DNA of 64,000 bases from an uncultured SAR86 cluster bacterium (GTDB lineage: Bacteria > Pseudomonadota > Gammaproteobacteria > Magnimaribacterales > AG-339-G14): NCBI GenBank assembly GCA_902578495.1, contig CACHCY010000001.1:262132-326131 (forward strand). Direction: 5' to 3'. The notes under the pieces were generated by a model. That model did not search any database and was not told the DNA's origin. It was given only the letters and a program-made list of their open reading frames with translations. Position 1 is the stretch's first letter; every line of letters starts with the position of its first letter. A program made the translations under genes and the position numbers. Below, one piece after another: positions 53,470-62,617 of the stretch.

Positions 53470-54620
53470 AATTAAAAGATTGTCATAACATTAGCGATTT
53501 AAGAAAAGCTGCAGAAAAAAGATTGCCAGCAGCCATGTTCCATTACATTGATGGTGCTGCAGGAGATGAATGGACAATAAAACATAATACGAATTCCTTT
53601 GAACAATACGAAGTGATCCCGAATTATTTAGTTAATGTAGATAAAATTGATACTTCAACAAAGGTTCTTGGGACACAAATTGATTGGCCATACATATGCT
53701 CGCCCACCGGCTATCACAGATTATTTCATCACGAAGGTGAAATAGCAGCAGCAAATGCTGCAAGTGATATGGGTACGATTTTTTGCCTCTCTACCCTTTC
53801 AACAACCACTATCGAAGAGGTTGCAGAAAAATCTAAAGGTCCTAAAGTTTTTCAAATTTATGTTCTGAAGGACAGAAGTATCTCAGTCGAATACATTGAA
53901 AGATGTAAAGCTGCTAATTACGATGCTCTCTGCTTGACTATTGATGTTCCTGTTAACGGCAGACGAGAAAGAGATTTACGCACGGGCATGACCGTGCCAC
54001 CAAAATTAACACTGAAGTCCTACCTAAATATCGCCAGTAAATTTGATTGGACATTGAATTATCTTACTCATCCCCCTACGCCATCCATGGTCAATATTGA
54101 GCATAGGTTGAAAGATGCTGCTAATGATATTTCTGTAATGGATTTTATGAACAGTCAGTTTGATAGGACTGTTACTTGGAAAGATGCAGAGTGGATGATA
54201 GGTCAATGGGATAAGGCTTTTGCGGTCAAAGGAATTTTATCTGTAGAAGATGCTAAACGGGCAAAGGATATTGGTGCTTCAGCAATAATGATTTCAAATC
54301 ATGGAGGAAGACAACTGGATGGCTGTCCAGCGCCATTTGAAATGTTGAAAGAAATTAGAGATGCTGTTGGAGACTCTATTGAGATTATAGTTGATGGTGG
54401 TATCAGAAGAGGGATTCATGTCATAAAAGCTCTCGCCATGGGAGCTAATGCTTGCATGGGGGGTAGACCATACCTTTATGGACTATCTGTAGGAGGCTAC
54501 AAAGGAGCTAAATATGCGTTACAACTTTTAAAAGATGAAGTTGAACAAAGCATGATCCTGACAGGAGTCAAGAACGTTAATGAATTAAATAGATCTTTTT
54601 TGAGGAGGCCCGGAGAATGA
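53466..54620 (+). CDS. FMN-dependent alpha-hydroxy acid oxidase/dehydrogenase (LldD-like)
   Basis: TTG start; FHYIDG, RRERDLR, SNHGGRQLDG, DGGIRRG, GRPYLYGL. Confidence 0.93.
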   Translation: MKLKDCHNISDLRKAAEKRLPAAMFHYIDGAAGDEWTIKHNTNSFEQYEVIPNYLVNVDKIDTSTKVLGTQIDWPYICSPTGYHRLFHHEGEIAAANAASDMGTIFCLSTLSTTTIEEVAEKSKGPKVFQIYVLKDRSISVEYIERCKAANYDALCLTIDVPVNGRRERDLRTGMTVPPKLTLKSYLNIASKFDWTLNYLTHPPTPSMVNIEHRLKDAANDISVMDFMNSQFDRTVTWKDAEWMIGQWDKAFAVKGILSVEDAKRAKDIGASAIMISNHGGRQLDGCPAPFEMLKEIRDAVGDSIEIIVDGGIRRGIHVIKALAMGANACMGGRPYLYGLSVGGYKGAKYALQLLKDEVEQSMILTGVKNVNELNRSFLRRPGE

Positions 54621-56758
54621 GGATTAGATTACTGATTATTTTAGCTTTGTTAAATCTTAATGTGTTTGCGGTTGAGGGTATGTGGGAACCCTCTCAAATG
54701 GGCACTTTAGAAAAGGAGTTAAAAAACACAGGGTATTCTGGAGACGCAGATGATCTAACAGATTTATTTTCTTTCCCGCTTAATGCAATAGTGAGTCTTG
54801 GTGGATGCTCTGCATCGTTTGTCTCTCCGGAAGGTCTTATTGCTACTAATTACCATTGCATCGAGGGGTCATATTTACAATTTAACTCTTCCGAAAAGGA
54901 AAATTTATTCGAAACCGGGTTTGTTGCTAGAAGCAAATCAGAGGAAAAACCGTCTGCACCTGGGTCAAGTGCTTATGTCACTCAAAGCATCACCAATGTT
55001 ACCAAGGCTGTGTTGAGACAAACGGAAACCCTTAAAGATGACCTTGATAGATACAATAAAATTGAAAGTAATAAAAAAAGCATCATTGAACAATGTGAAA
55101 CAAGCGATGAAATCAGATGCAATGTCAGATCATTTTTTAGCGGAGAGACTTATCAATTAGAAAAAAGATTAAAAATAAGAGATGTTCGATTGGTCTACGC
55201 TCCTCCTGCTTCGATAGGTGAGTATGGCGGCGAGATAGATAATTGGATGTTCCCAAGGCATACAGGGGATTTTGCCTTGTTGCGAGCTTATGTGGCTCCT
55301 GATGGCAGCAGCAAAGAATTTGCTAACCAAAATAAACCATATAAATCCAAGAACTATTTAAAGATATCAGCAAAAGGAGTTCAAGAAGGAGATTTTGTTA
55401 TGGTTGCCGGATATCCAGGCACAACCAACAGATTGCTTACATATAACGAAGTGGAATTTGATATAGAGGAAGGATTTAAAGGTTTCGTTAATTTTTTAAA
55501 ATCTGGAATAGACATAATGAGATCTTCTACAAAGGATGAAGATGGTTCTTCTTTAAAATATAGAGGATTAATCAGCGGATATGAAAATTACTATAAAAAA
55601 ATATCAGGACAAATAGATGGTGCAGAGTCATTCAGCGTTCAAGACAAAGCTAATTCTGATTGGTTAGGTTTCATAGATTATTTAAATGAAAAAGGCTCTA
55701 GACAAGAAAAGGAGTCTCTAGATTCGCTTCTTTCTTTGATTAATGATCAAAAGGCAGAAGAGTTACCTAATTATTATTATGGAAATTCAAGAATGATTTC
55801 TACCGCTCAAAGAATTTACAGATACGCCTATGAAAGAACCAAACCAAATGATCAGCGAGAAATTGGCTTCCAAGAGAGAGATCATGAAAATATTGTGAAT
55901 GGAATTAAATCTCTTGATTATCGTCTTGATAAAAGAGTTGATAAAGAAATTTTTATTAACCGACTTGAAAAATATAGAACTTTTGACGGAAATTTAAGAA
56001 GGCCACAATTCAGCAATTATTTTCAACTAGATGCAGACTTTAAAAAGTCTAAAAAAATTGTTGAAGATATCTACTTACAAAAATCATTATTGGATTCAGC
56101 TGAAGATAGACTTTCCTTGATTGACTTATCTCTAGATGAACTCAATTCAATTGAAGATCCTTTCATTAACATTGCAAGGATTCTATTTGATGAGCAAATA
56201 GAGTATGAAAACATTGCTAAGTCTGAAGGTAGCGAAAAACAAAGACTCAAATCATCTTTCATAAAATCGTTAAGAAAATATTACAAAAGTATTGGAAAGT
56301 CATTGTACTCAGATGCTAACGGTACCCTCAGAATTACCTTTGGCAATGTTAAGGGAGTATCTCTAGAAGACGGCATTACCTATGGTCCATTCACGCGTTT
56401 AGAAGGTATTAATAAAAAACATAGTGGAGAGGAGCCTTTTGATGCTCCAGATAAGCTAATGGATTTAATCTCTCAAAAAAATTATGGAAGATATGAGTTG
56501 GAATCCTTAGGTTCTGTTCCGGTGAATTTTTTGTGCGATCTTGATATTACAAATGGAAATTCAGGGTCAGCCACGCTAAACGCTAAAGGTGAGTTGGTAG
56601 GTCTTGCTTTTGATGGGATGCTTCAGACGATTATCGCTGACTATAAATATATTCCAGAAGCGAGAACTATATCTGTAGATTCAAGGTACTTTCTTTGGAC
56701 TTTAGAGAAGTTTGATGAAGCTAAGAATATTCTTGAAGAGTTATCGCTTGAATACTAA
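54617..56758 (+). CDS. S46 family dipeptidyl peptidase (DPP7/DAP BII-like), secreted
   Basis: Signal peptide then EGMW; TNYHC; DNWMFPRHTGDF; DITNGNSGS; LAFDG. Confidence 0.94.
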   Translation: MRIRLLIILALLNLNVFAVEGMWEPSQMGTLEKELKNTGYSGDADDLTDLFSFPLNAIVSLGGCSASFVSPEGLIATNYHCIEGSYLQFNSSEKENLFETGFVARSKSEEKPSAPGSSAYVTQSITNVTKAVLRQTETLKDDLDRYNKIESNKKSIIEQCETSDEIRCNVRSFFSGETYQLEKRLKIRDVRLVYAPPASIGEYGGEIDNWMFPRHTGDFALLRAYVAPDGSSKEFANQNKPYKSKNYLKISAKGVQEGDFVMVAGYPGTTNRLLTYNEVEFDIEEGFKGFVNFLKSGIDIMRSSTKDEDGSSLKYRGLISGYENYYKKISGQIDGAESFSVQDKANSDWLGFIDYLNEKGSRQEKESLDSLLSLINDQKAEELPNYYYGNSRMISTAQRIYRYAYERTKPNDQREIGFQERDHENIVNGIKSLDYRLDKRVDKEIFINRLEKYRTFDGNLRRPQFSNYFQLDADFKKSKKIVEDIYLQKSLLDSAEDRLSLIDLSLDELNSIEDPFINIARILFDEQIEYENIAKSEGSEKQRLKSSFIKSLRKYYKSIGKSLYSDANGTLRITFGNVKGVSLEDGITYGPFTRLEGINKKHSGEEPFDAPDKLMDLISQKNYGRYELESLGSVPVNFLCDLDITNGNSGSATLNAKGELVGLAFDGMLQTIIADYKYIPEARTISVDSRYFLWTLEKFDEAKNILEELSLEY

Positions 56759-58656
56759 GAAATGACTGTGCTTTTAACAGGCTTGTTTCTTGCAGCCCAA
56801 ATAAGTCTTAGGAATTTGACAATAAATAACCTAAAAGTTCGATCATAAAAAGATATCTTTTCTTTAGTATCTTTGGCCTCCGATGTTTGCTTCCCTCTTA
56901 TAACTTGACCTGGAAGAGTTCCGGTTGCTTGACCATTCTCATAAACAACCTCGCCACTTTTAATAGTTGCTAAATAACCAAAGGATTCCTGAACAAGCCT
57001 TTTCCCTCCTTTAGGTAGATCAAAGATCATTTTTGGAAGAGAGACATTTAATTTTTCAAAATCAATAATATTGATATCTGCAATCATTCCAGTTTTTATT
57101 TCTCCCCTATCAAATAGTCCATAAGTTTCAGCAGTGTCTTTTGTCTGCTTTCTAATAATGAGTTCTAAAGGAATTTTATTGCCTGCTGATCTATCTCTTG
57201 CCCAGTGAGATAAATTTGTTGTGGGCATGCTTGCATCACAAATAAGACCGCAATGGGCTCCTCCATCACTCCCACCAGCCACAGATGATTTAAGTTTATA
57301 GAATGTTTCAACGAATTTAAGTTTATGATTTTCATAAGGGGTGAAACATGCGTAAATTAAGCTTTTACCGTCATCTTTTATCAGTTCGTCGTAAATAACC
57401 TCTTCTTCTGACTGATTTCTCTGTTCAGCTAAGTAAGCAATACTATCTTCTCTTGTTGGTTCGTAATTAGGAGGATTACTTAAAATAAATTGAGTTTCAT
57501 AGTTAGAGATTAGTTTTTTACCTATTTCTGCTTCAGCTTTAATTTCTTCTTTAGTCTTATTAGATTTTTGTTCTTTAGCAGCTTTTTGTAAATCTTCTCT
57601 AAAGCTTGGCGACTCATTTAAAATTTTTTGCTTAAAAGCAGGATCCCTCATGATTGACAGTCTCTCGTTGAGGGGAAGATGAGAAATTTCTTTGTAGGAA
57701 GGATGACCTATAAATGGATGCAAAGAACTTTCTAGACCAAACATAAGTCCCACATTTCTTCCTGGGAACTGAGGTCGAACATTTTTACCTTTAAGAAACT
57801 GTTCTTCGCAGTAAAGAATTGTTTTAACGGAGTCGCCATTTGTTTGAAGAACAGTTAAACCGCAATCAGACTTTTCAACGTATTCTTTCATCCATGACAT
57901 TTCTATTTCTTGATCCAGCCAATCAGAAACAATTTCTAAAGTACCCTCACCTGCGCGGTCCACTGCAAAAGCAAGTTCCTTCATTTCTTCTGAGCTTGCT
58001 TCTGTGCCAGGCACATAAACACCATGAACGTCCCTGTGTAAGATAGTTCTAGATGTGCTAAATCCTAATGCACCAGCATTTATTGCTTTTTCTACTATTT
58101 CTGACATTTGGTTGATTTCGTCTTTAGATGCATCAACTTGGTTTTGACATCTATCGTAGCCCATCACATAACTTCTTACTGGCCCATGTCCAATCATAAA
58201 TCCTAAATCCATTACAAATTCTTTTCTTTCTATTGCATCTAGAAATTCAGGAAAAGTTTCCCACTCCCAATCAATGCCTTCATGCAGTGCAGTACCTGGG
58301 ATGTCCTCAACACCCTCCATAAGTTGAATAAGGAAATTTTCATCTCCGGGTTTCACGGGTGCGAACCCAACTCCACAATTGCCCATAACAACTGTGGTTA
58401 CACCATGCCAGCTCGAAGGAGTTAAATAAGGATCCCAACAAACTTGTCCATCGTAGTGTGTATGAATATCTACCCACCCAGGAGAAACAAGGTTTCCATC
58501 AGCATCAATTTCTTTTTTACCTGAATTAATGACTTCACCGACTTTGGTAATTTTTCCATCATCAATTGCAATATCACCAAGAAAAGGTTTTTTTCCGGAT
58601 CCATCAACTATGTTGCCATTTCTAATAACTAAATCGTGTATGTGCATTTCTCTCAT
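56755..58656 (-). CDS. Amidohydrolase, N-acyl-D-amino-acid deacylase family
   Basis: PGWVDIHTHYD, GNCGVGFAP, SDGGAH, ADINIID. Confidence 0.9.
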   Translation of the reverse strand: MREMHIHDLVIRNGNIVDGSGKKPFLGDIAIDDGKITKVGEVINSGKKEIDADGNLVSPGWVDIHTHYDGQVCWDPYLTPSSWHGVTTVVMGNCGVGFAPVKPGDENFLIQLMEGVEDIPGTALHEGIDWEWETFPEFLDAIERKEFVMDLGFMIGHGPVRSYVMGYDRCQNQVDASKDEINQMSEIVEKAINAGALGFSTSRTILHRDVHGVYVPGTEASSEEMKELAFAVDRAGEGTLEIVSDWLDQEIEMSWMKEYVEKSDCGLTVLQTNGDSVKTILYCEEQFLKGKNVRPQFPGRNVGLMFGLESSLHPFIGHPSYKEISHLPLNERLSIMRDPAFKQKILNESPSFREDLQKAAKEQKSNKTKEEIKAEAEIGKKLISNYETQFILSNPPNYEPTREDSIAYLAEQRNQSEEEVIYDELIKDDGKSLIYACFTPYENHKLKFVETFYKLKSSVAGGSDGGAHCGLICDASMPTTNLSHWARDRSAGNKIPLELIIRKQTKDTAETYGLFDRGEIKTGMIADINIIDFEKLNVSLPKMIFDLPKGGKRLVQESFGYLATIKSGEVVYENGQATGTLPGQVIRGKQTSEAKDTKEKISFYDRTFRLFIVKFLRLIWAARNKPVKSTVIS

Positions 58657-58698
58657 GGACTTATTATGTATCTGTAATGATGAAAATTGAAGTATTTT

Positions 58699-58774
58699 TG
58701 GTGGAGCCAGGCGGGATCGAACCGCCGACCTCCTGCGTGCAAAGCAGGCGCTCTCCCAGCTGAGCTATGGCCCC
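58699..58774 (-). tRNA. tRNA-Ala (TGC)
   Basis: GGGGCCA acceptor with G3:U70 pairs with TGGCTCC-A-CCA; anticodon loop TTTGCAC; 76 nt. Confidence 0.97.
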
Positions 58775-58837
58775 AAAAGAAGGGAGTAGATTAGAGAAAG
58801 ATAAAGGAAATGTCTAATGTTTTTATTAAAACAAAGA

Positions 58838-58854
58838 TGCTCTTTTTTAGAGCA
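58838..58854. promoter_or_regulatory. 17-bp palindrome upstream of amtB with NtrC-like TGC-N11-GCA spacing
   Basis: TGCTCTTTTTTAGAGCA, followed by TGCACTA and by TATAAT at 58877-58882. Confidence 0.4.
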
Positions 58855-58911
58855 ATTTGCACTATTTTATTTCTAATATAATCCTTTTTATTAATTTACT
58901 GGGAGGAATTA

Positions 58912-60120
58912 ATGGATTCTGGAAATACAGCGTGGATTCTTACGTCCACAGCACTAGTTTTGTTCATGACTATGCCAGGTTTAGCCCTATTTTATGGCGG
59001 TCTGGTTAGGTCTCAAAATATTTTATCGGTATTAATGCAATGCTTTGCGATTGCTTGCTTGGCTTCATTTGCTTGGTTGTTTATGGCATATAGCATAGCG
59101 TTTTCCGAAGGATCTCCTTATTTTGGGGATTTAAGTCAAATGTTCTTAATGAATATGGCAAGAGATAGCCTTTCTGGAGATATTCCAGAATCTGCATTTT
59201 TTATGTTTCAAATGACATTTGCAATTATCACTCCAGCATTAATTGTAGGAGCTTATCCTGAGAGAATTAAATTTAGTTTTGTAATAGCTTTCTCATTTCT
59301 TTGGATTTTATTTGTTTATGCACCCGTAACACATTGGATATGGGGTGGCGGCTGGTTGGCGGAAATGGGAGTTCTAGATTTTGCCGGAGGCTTGGTGGTG
59401 CACTTAACTGCTGGAACCACGGCGCTGATTCTCGCTTTCTTATTAGGACCCAGAGAAGGTTTTCCTAATCAAATAAAACCTCCTCATAATCCTGGGTTAA
59501 CTATGATGGGAGCTTGTATGTTATGGGTTGGTTGGTTCGGCTTTAATGGTGGCAGTGCTCTCGCTGCAAACCAAGATGCGGGGATGGCCATACTTGTAAC
59601 TCATATTTCTGCTTCAGTAGCATCTTTGGTATGGATGTTCATTGAATGGATAAAATTCGGAAAACCTAGTTTGGTTGGAATAGTAACAGGATCAATTGCA
59701 GGTCTAGCTTCAATTACACCCGCATCAGGATTTGTAGGTCCTATAGGAGCGGTCATTATTGGTTTAGTGTCTGGTTACCTTTGTTACGTTGCAGTTGGAT
59801 TTGTTAAAAATGCCCTAAAAATTGATGACTCACTTGATGTGTTTGCAGTTCATGGTCTTGGAGGAACTTTGGGAATACTTTTATTGCCTTTCCTAATTGG
59901 TTCAAATCTTGGCGGAGTTGGTCTTTCTGAAGGTCAGACTGTCATGAGTTTTTTCAATACTCAACTTACAGGCACAATTAGTGTTTTAATTTTCACTGCG
60001 ATTATGACAGTAATAATTGCTTTAATCCTAAGATCATTCTTTGGTTTAAGAGTAGATGACGATCAAATAGAAGAAGGTTTAGACCTATCCTCTCACGGTC
60101 AATCCGGATACAAATTATAA
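58912..60120 (+). CDS. amtB: Ammonium transporter (Amt family)
   Basis: PGLALFYGG, FQMTFA, DFAGGLVVH, WFGFNGGS, DDSLDVFAVHG (both channel His present); SD GGAGG. Confidence 0.97.
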   Translation: MDSGNTAWILTSTALVLFMTMPGLALFYGGLVRSQNILSVLMQCFAIACLASFAWLFMAYSIAFSEGSPYFGDLSQMFLMNMARDSLSGDIPESAFFMFQMTFAIITPALIVGAYPERIKFSFVIAFSFLWILFVYAPVTHWIWGGGWLAEMGVLDFAGGLVVHLTAGTTALILAFLLGPREGFPNQIKPPHNPGLTMMGACMLWVGWFGFNGGSALAANQDAGMAILVTHISASVASLVWMFIEWIKFGKPSLVGIVTGSIAGLASITPASGFVGPIGAVIIGLVSGYLCYVAVGFVKNALKIDDSLDVFAVHGLGGTLGILLLPFLIGSNLGGVGLSEGQTVMSFFNTQLTGTISVLIFTAIMTVIIALILRSFFGLRVDDDQIEEGLDLSSHGQSGYKL

Positions 60121-60127
60121 ATTTTTA

Positions 60128-60802
60128 TTAAGCAGGCAATGCATTAGAGATAGCTTCAAGGAGCGGTCTCTGATGCGCTTGTTTAGTTTTTGCATAATGA
60201 GGATGACCTAAACTAGCTAAATCTTCTGCTTTCTCCATTATTCTTTTTTCAAAATCTGAAGATGAAGCTATTTCATCAAGTAGTCCGGCCTCAATACACT
60301 TGTCAAAAGGATAAGGATCAGCATGATAAAGAACAGAGTAAACATGCTTTTTATCGATTCTGCTTTCAGCAACTTCCATAATAGGAGAAGGAATATCCAT
60401 GTTGTTTCTAACTTCGTTTGCCTGAGCAACAAATTCCCCTTCTAGAGCTATGCGGTAGTCTCCGCAACAAACAATAAAAATTCCCATGGCAATTGCATGC
60501 CCTGTAACAGCCATAATTATTGGTCTAGGAAAAGTATATAGATCATGCATAGTTTTCATTCCTAAAGCAGTCATTTTTTGTGCCTTTTTCGCATCTCCAC
60601 TTTGAAATGTTTTGAGATCAAATCCTGCTGAAAAAATGCCTTCTCTTCCTCTTATAATTAATGCACCACTATCTTTGGAAACTTGATCTAGACAATTTTG
60701 TATAGATTCAAGCATTTCTAATGAAAAGACATTTACCTTCCCATCATCCAATGTAATAGTTGAAATATCTCCTTCTTTGCTAAGGGTTGCTGGTTCACTC
60801 AT
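60128..60802 (-). CDS. Crotonase / enoyl-CoA hydratase family protein (short type)
   Basis: DDGKVN, FSAGFDL, GHAIAMG, DYRI. Confidence 0.9.
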   Translation of the reverse strand: MSEPATLSKEGDISTITLDDGKVNVFSLEMLESIQNCLDQVSKDSGALIIRGREGIFSAGFDLKTFQSGDAKKAQKMTALGMKTMHDLYTFPRPIIMAVTGHAIAMGIFIVCCGDYRIALEGEFVAQANEVRNNMDIPSPIMEVAESRIDKKHVYSVLYHADPYPFDKCIEAGLLDEIASSSDFEKRIMEKAEDLASLGHPHYAKTKQAHQRPLLEAISNALPA

Positions 60803-60818
60803 TTTTTCCTCCTGAAAA

Positions 60819-61400
60819 TTATATTAAATCACAAGCTGCGGGCGGCATCCAATGGGCATCTTTGCCATCCCACTTTATATTACATCCAATTGGGTTGGTA
60901 ACTGGAACTGAAATGATACTTCCTCTTAGATAATCATCAATTGCATTTTCCAAATCGTTTATTGTTGATTTAGATCCATTTCTTGGATTATCAATTCCTC
61001 TTCCTGTATAAATCAATGATCTGTCGGAATCAAAGACAAAAAAATGAGGAGTTTTTAGAGCTCCATAATTAGTTGCAGTCTCTTGAGATTCATCGTGAAG
61101 ATAGTCCCAGGGGAATTGATGCTCTTGCATTCGAGTTTGCATATTCTCAAAACTATCTTCTTCATAGGTATTTTTACTGTTCGAATTGATACATACCAAC
61201 TTGATGCTCTCTCGATTATACTTTTCAACAGTTTTGCGAGTGGTTTCATCGGAACCAATTACATAAGGACAATGATTGCAAGTGAAAGAAATTATCAATA
61301 ACTTATATTCACTGTAACTTGCTAGATCATGAAACAAATTGTCAGTTCCAAGAAGATTAAAATCTGGAGCTTTGTTGCCTATTTCTAATGTATAAGCCAA
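60819..61400 (-). CDS. Thioredoxin-fold protein (AhpC/TSA, PRX-like)
   Basis: TTG start; APDFNL, CNHCPYV, TPHFFVFD, GCNIKW. Confidence 0.9.
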   Translation of the reverse strand: MAYTLEIGNKAPDFNLLGTDNLFHDLASYSEYKLLIISFTCNHCPYVIGSDETTRKTVEKYNRESIKLVCINSNSKNTYEEDSFENMQTRMQEHQFPWDYLHDESQETATNYGALKTPHFFVFDSDRSLIYTGRGIDNPRNGSKSTINDLENAIDDYLRGSIISVPVTNPIGCNIKWDGKDAHWMPPAACDLI

Positions 61401-61407
61401 AGTAATA

Positions 61408-62310
61408 TCAAGTCAGCGGGTTAAAGGATATTTTTTCTGGAATGTCATCTGCACCGGGCATATTTTTAGCAATCATGAACGGTCTTAAAGCCTCTATAGC
61501 TTTTGGTTCATCGTGATGACAAATTTTTGGATACATATGATGCATGATATGAATTTGCATTGAATGATTTAAAAACCTAGGCAATCCGTTTCTCCAAAAT
61601 CTTGTATCGCTATGTCTTCCAATTTCGAGCCCATTATGAGGCTCTCTTGAAAAAACTAATCCTAAATAAGAAGTGATAATCTTTAATGGAAGCCACCACA
61701 AAAAAAGAGTTTCCAAAGGAAAAAAGAAAGCCGTAACCATTTGTGTTAAAACAATGAATAATTGAACCATAGATCCTCTATCTATGCTTTTTTTGAATTC
61801 AGGATCTTTGTCACAATAGTCATTAACCATTTTTTCTATCCTTTCGTCTGATCCCTGATTATGAACCCTCAAAGCTGCCTCAAACCATGAGTCAACATGC
61901 GTATGGAAGTAATCAGGGTCCTTTTCAGGATCATTTGTGTGAGCGTGATGTTTCATATGAAGAACTTTTAATAGTTCATGAGATCTTGCTAAAGGAATCA
62001 AGGAAATCTGACCCACAAAAGAATTAACCCACTCAAGGTTCTTATGGTTCCCCGATAGATGTCCGTGTTGGCCTGCATGAGATGGCAAATAGGCAAAAGA
62101 TGTAGAAATTAGAGATATGAAAAAACCTAACCATAATGGAATAGTTGATGTAATAACTAAATACCAGACAAGACACCATACAAAAAATTGCGTAAAGGCA
62201 ATAACAATCATTTCCCACTCTATTCTTCCCATAAAAGCTCTAGCTATTTCTTTTTCTTGATCATGAGAGAGTTCAGAGGATTGGTAATAGTACATCTGGC
62301 TATCGGTCAT
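61408..62310 (-). CDS. Membrane fatty acid desaturase / carotenoid hydroxylase-like di-iron enzyme
   Basis: His boxes HAGQH, HMKHH, HIMHH plus DPD motif; ATG 62310 overlaps the upstream stop (ATGA). Confidence 0.85.
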   Translation of the reverse strand: MTDSQMYYYQSSELSHDQEKEIARAFMGRIEWEMIVIAFTQFFVWCLVWYLVITSTIPLWLGFFISLISTSFAYLPSHAGQHGHLSGNHKNLEWVNSFVGQISLIPLARSHELLKVLHMKHHAHTNDPEKDPDYFHTHVDSWFEAALRVHNQGSDERIEKMVNDYCDKDPEFKKSIDRGSMVQLFIVLTQMVTAFFFPLETLFLWWLPLKIITSYLGLVFSREPHNGLEIGRHSDTRFWRNGLPRFLNHSMQIHIMHHMYPKICHHDEPKAIEALRPFMIAKNMPGADDIPEKISFNPLT

Positions 62311-62525
62311 ACTATCCAGCCCCATTTTTTATATTTAGCTAACAAGCCAAAAAGGAACCCAGCCAGATAACTAGCTACAGTAAAAAAAAGTTCATTTTTT
62401 GGTTCAAAAAAGTAAATGGTTGCAGCATTAAAAACACTGCCAAAAAAAACAAACGCAAATAAAACAATGAACCATTGCTCTATTATTGAAATTTTATCCT
62501 CTGTTTTTGAAGATTTTTCATTCAT
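62307..62525 (-). CDS. Small hypothetical membrane protein (two TM segments)
   Basis: 72-aa ORF with two hydrophobic stretches; translationally coupled to the desaturase. Confidence 0.65.
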   Translation of the reverse strand: MNEKSSKTEDKISIIEQWFIVLFAFVFFGSVFNAATIYFFEPKNELFFTVASYLAGFLFGLLAKYKKWGWIV

Positions 62526-62617
62526 AGCAGTTTTATTTTACTAACAGAAATTAAATAAATATATATTTAAGACCTAGATTAACTTGGATCATCCTAATTA
62601 GAGAATATAATTTGTCT

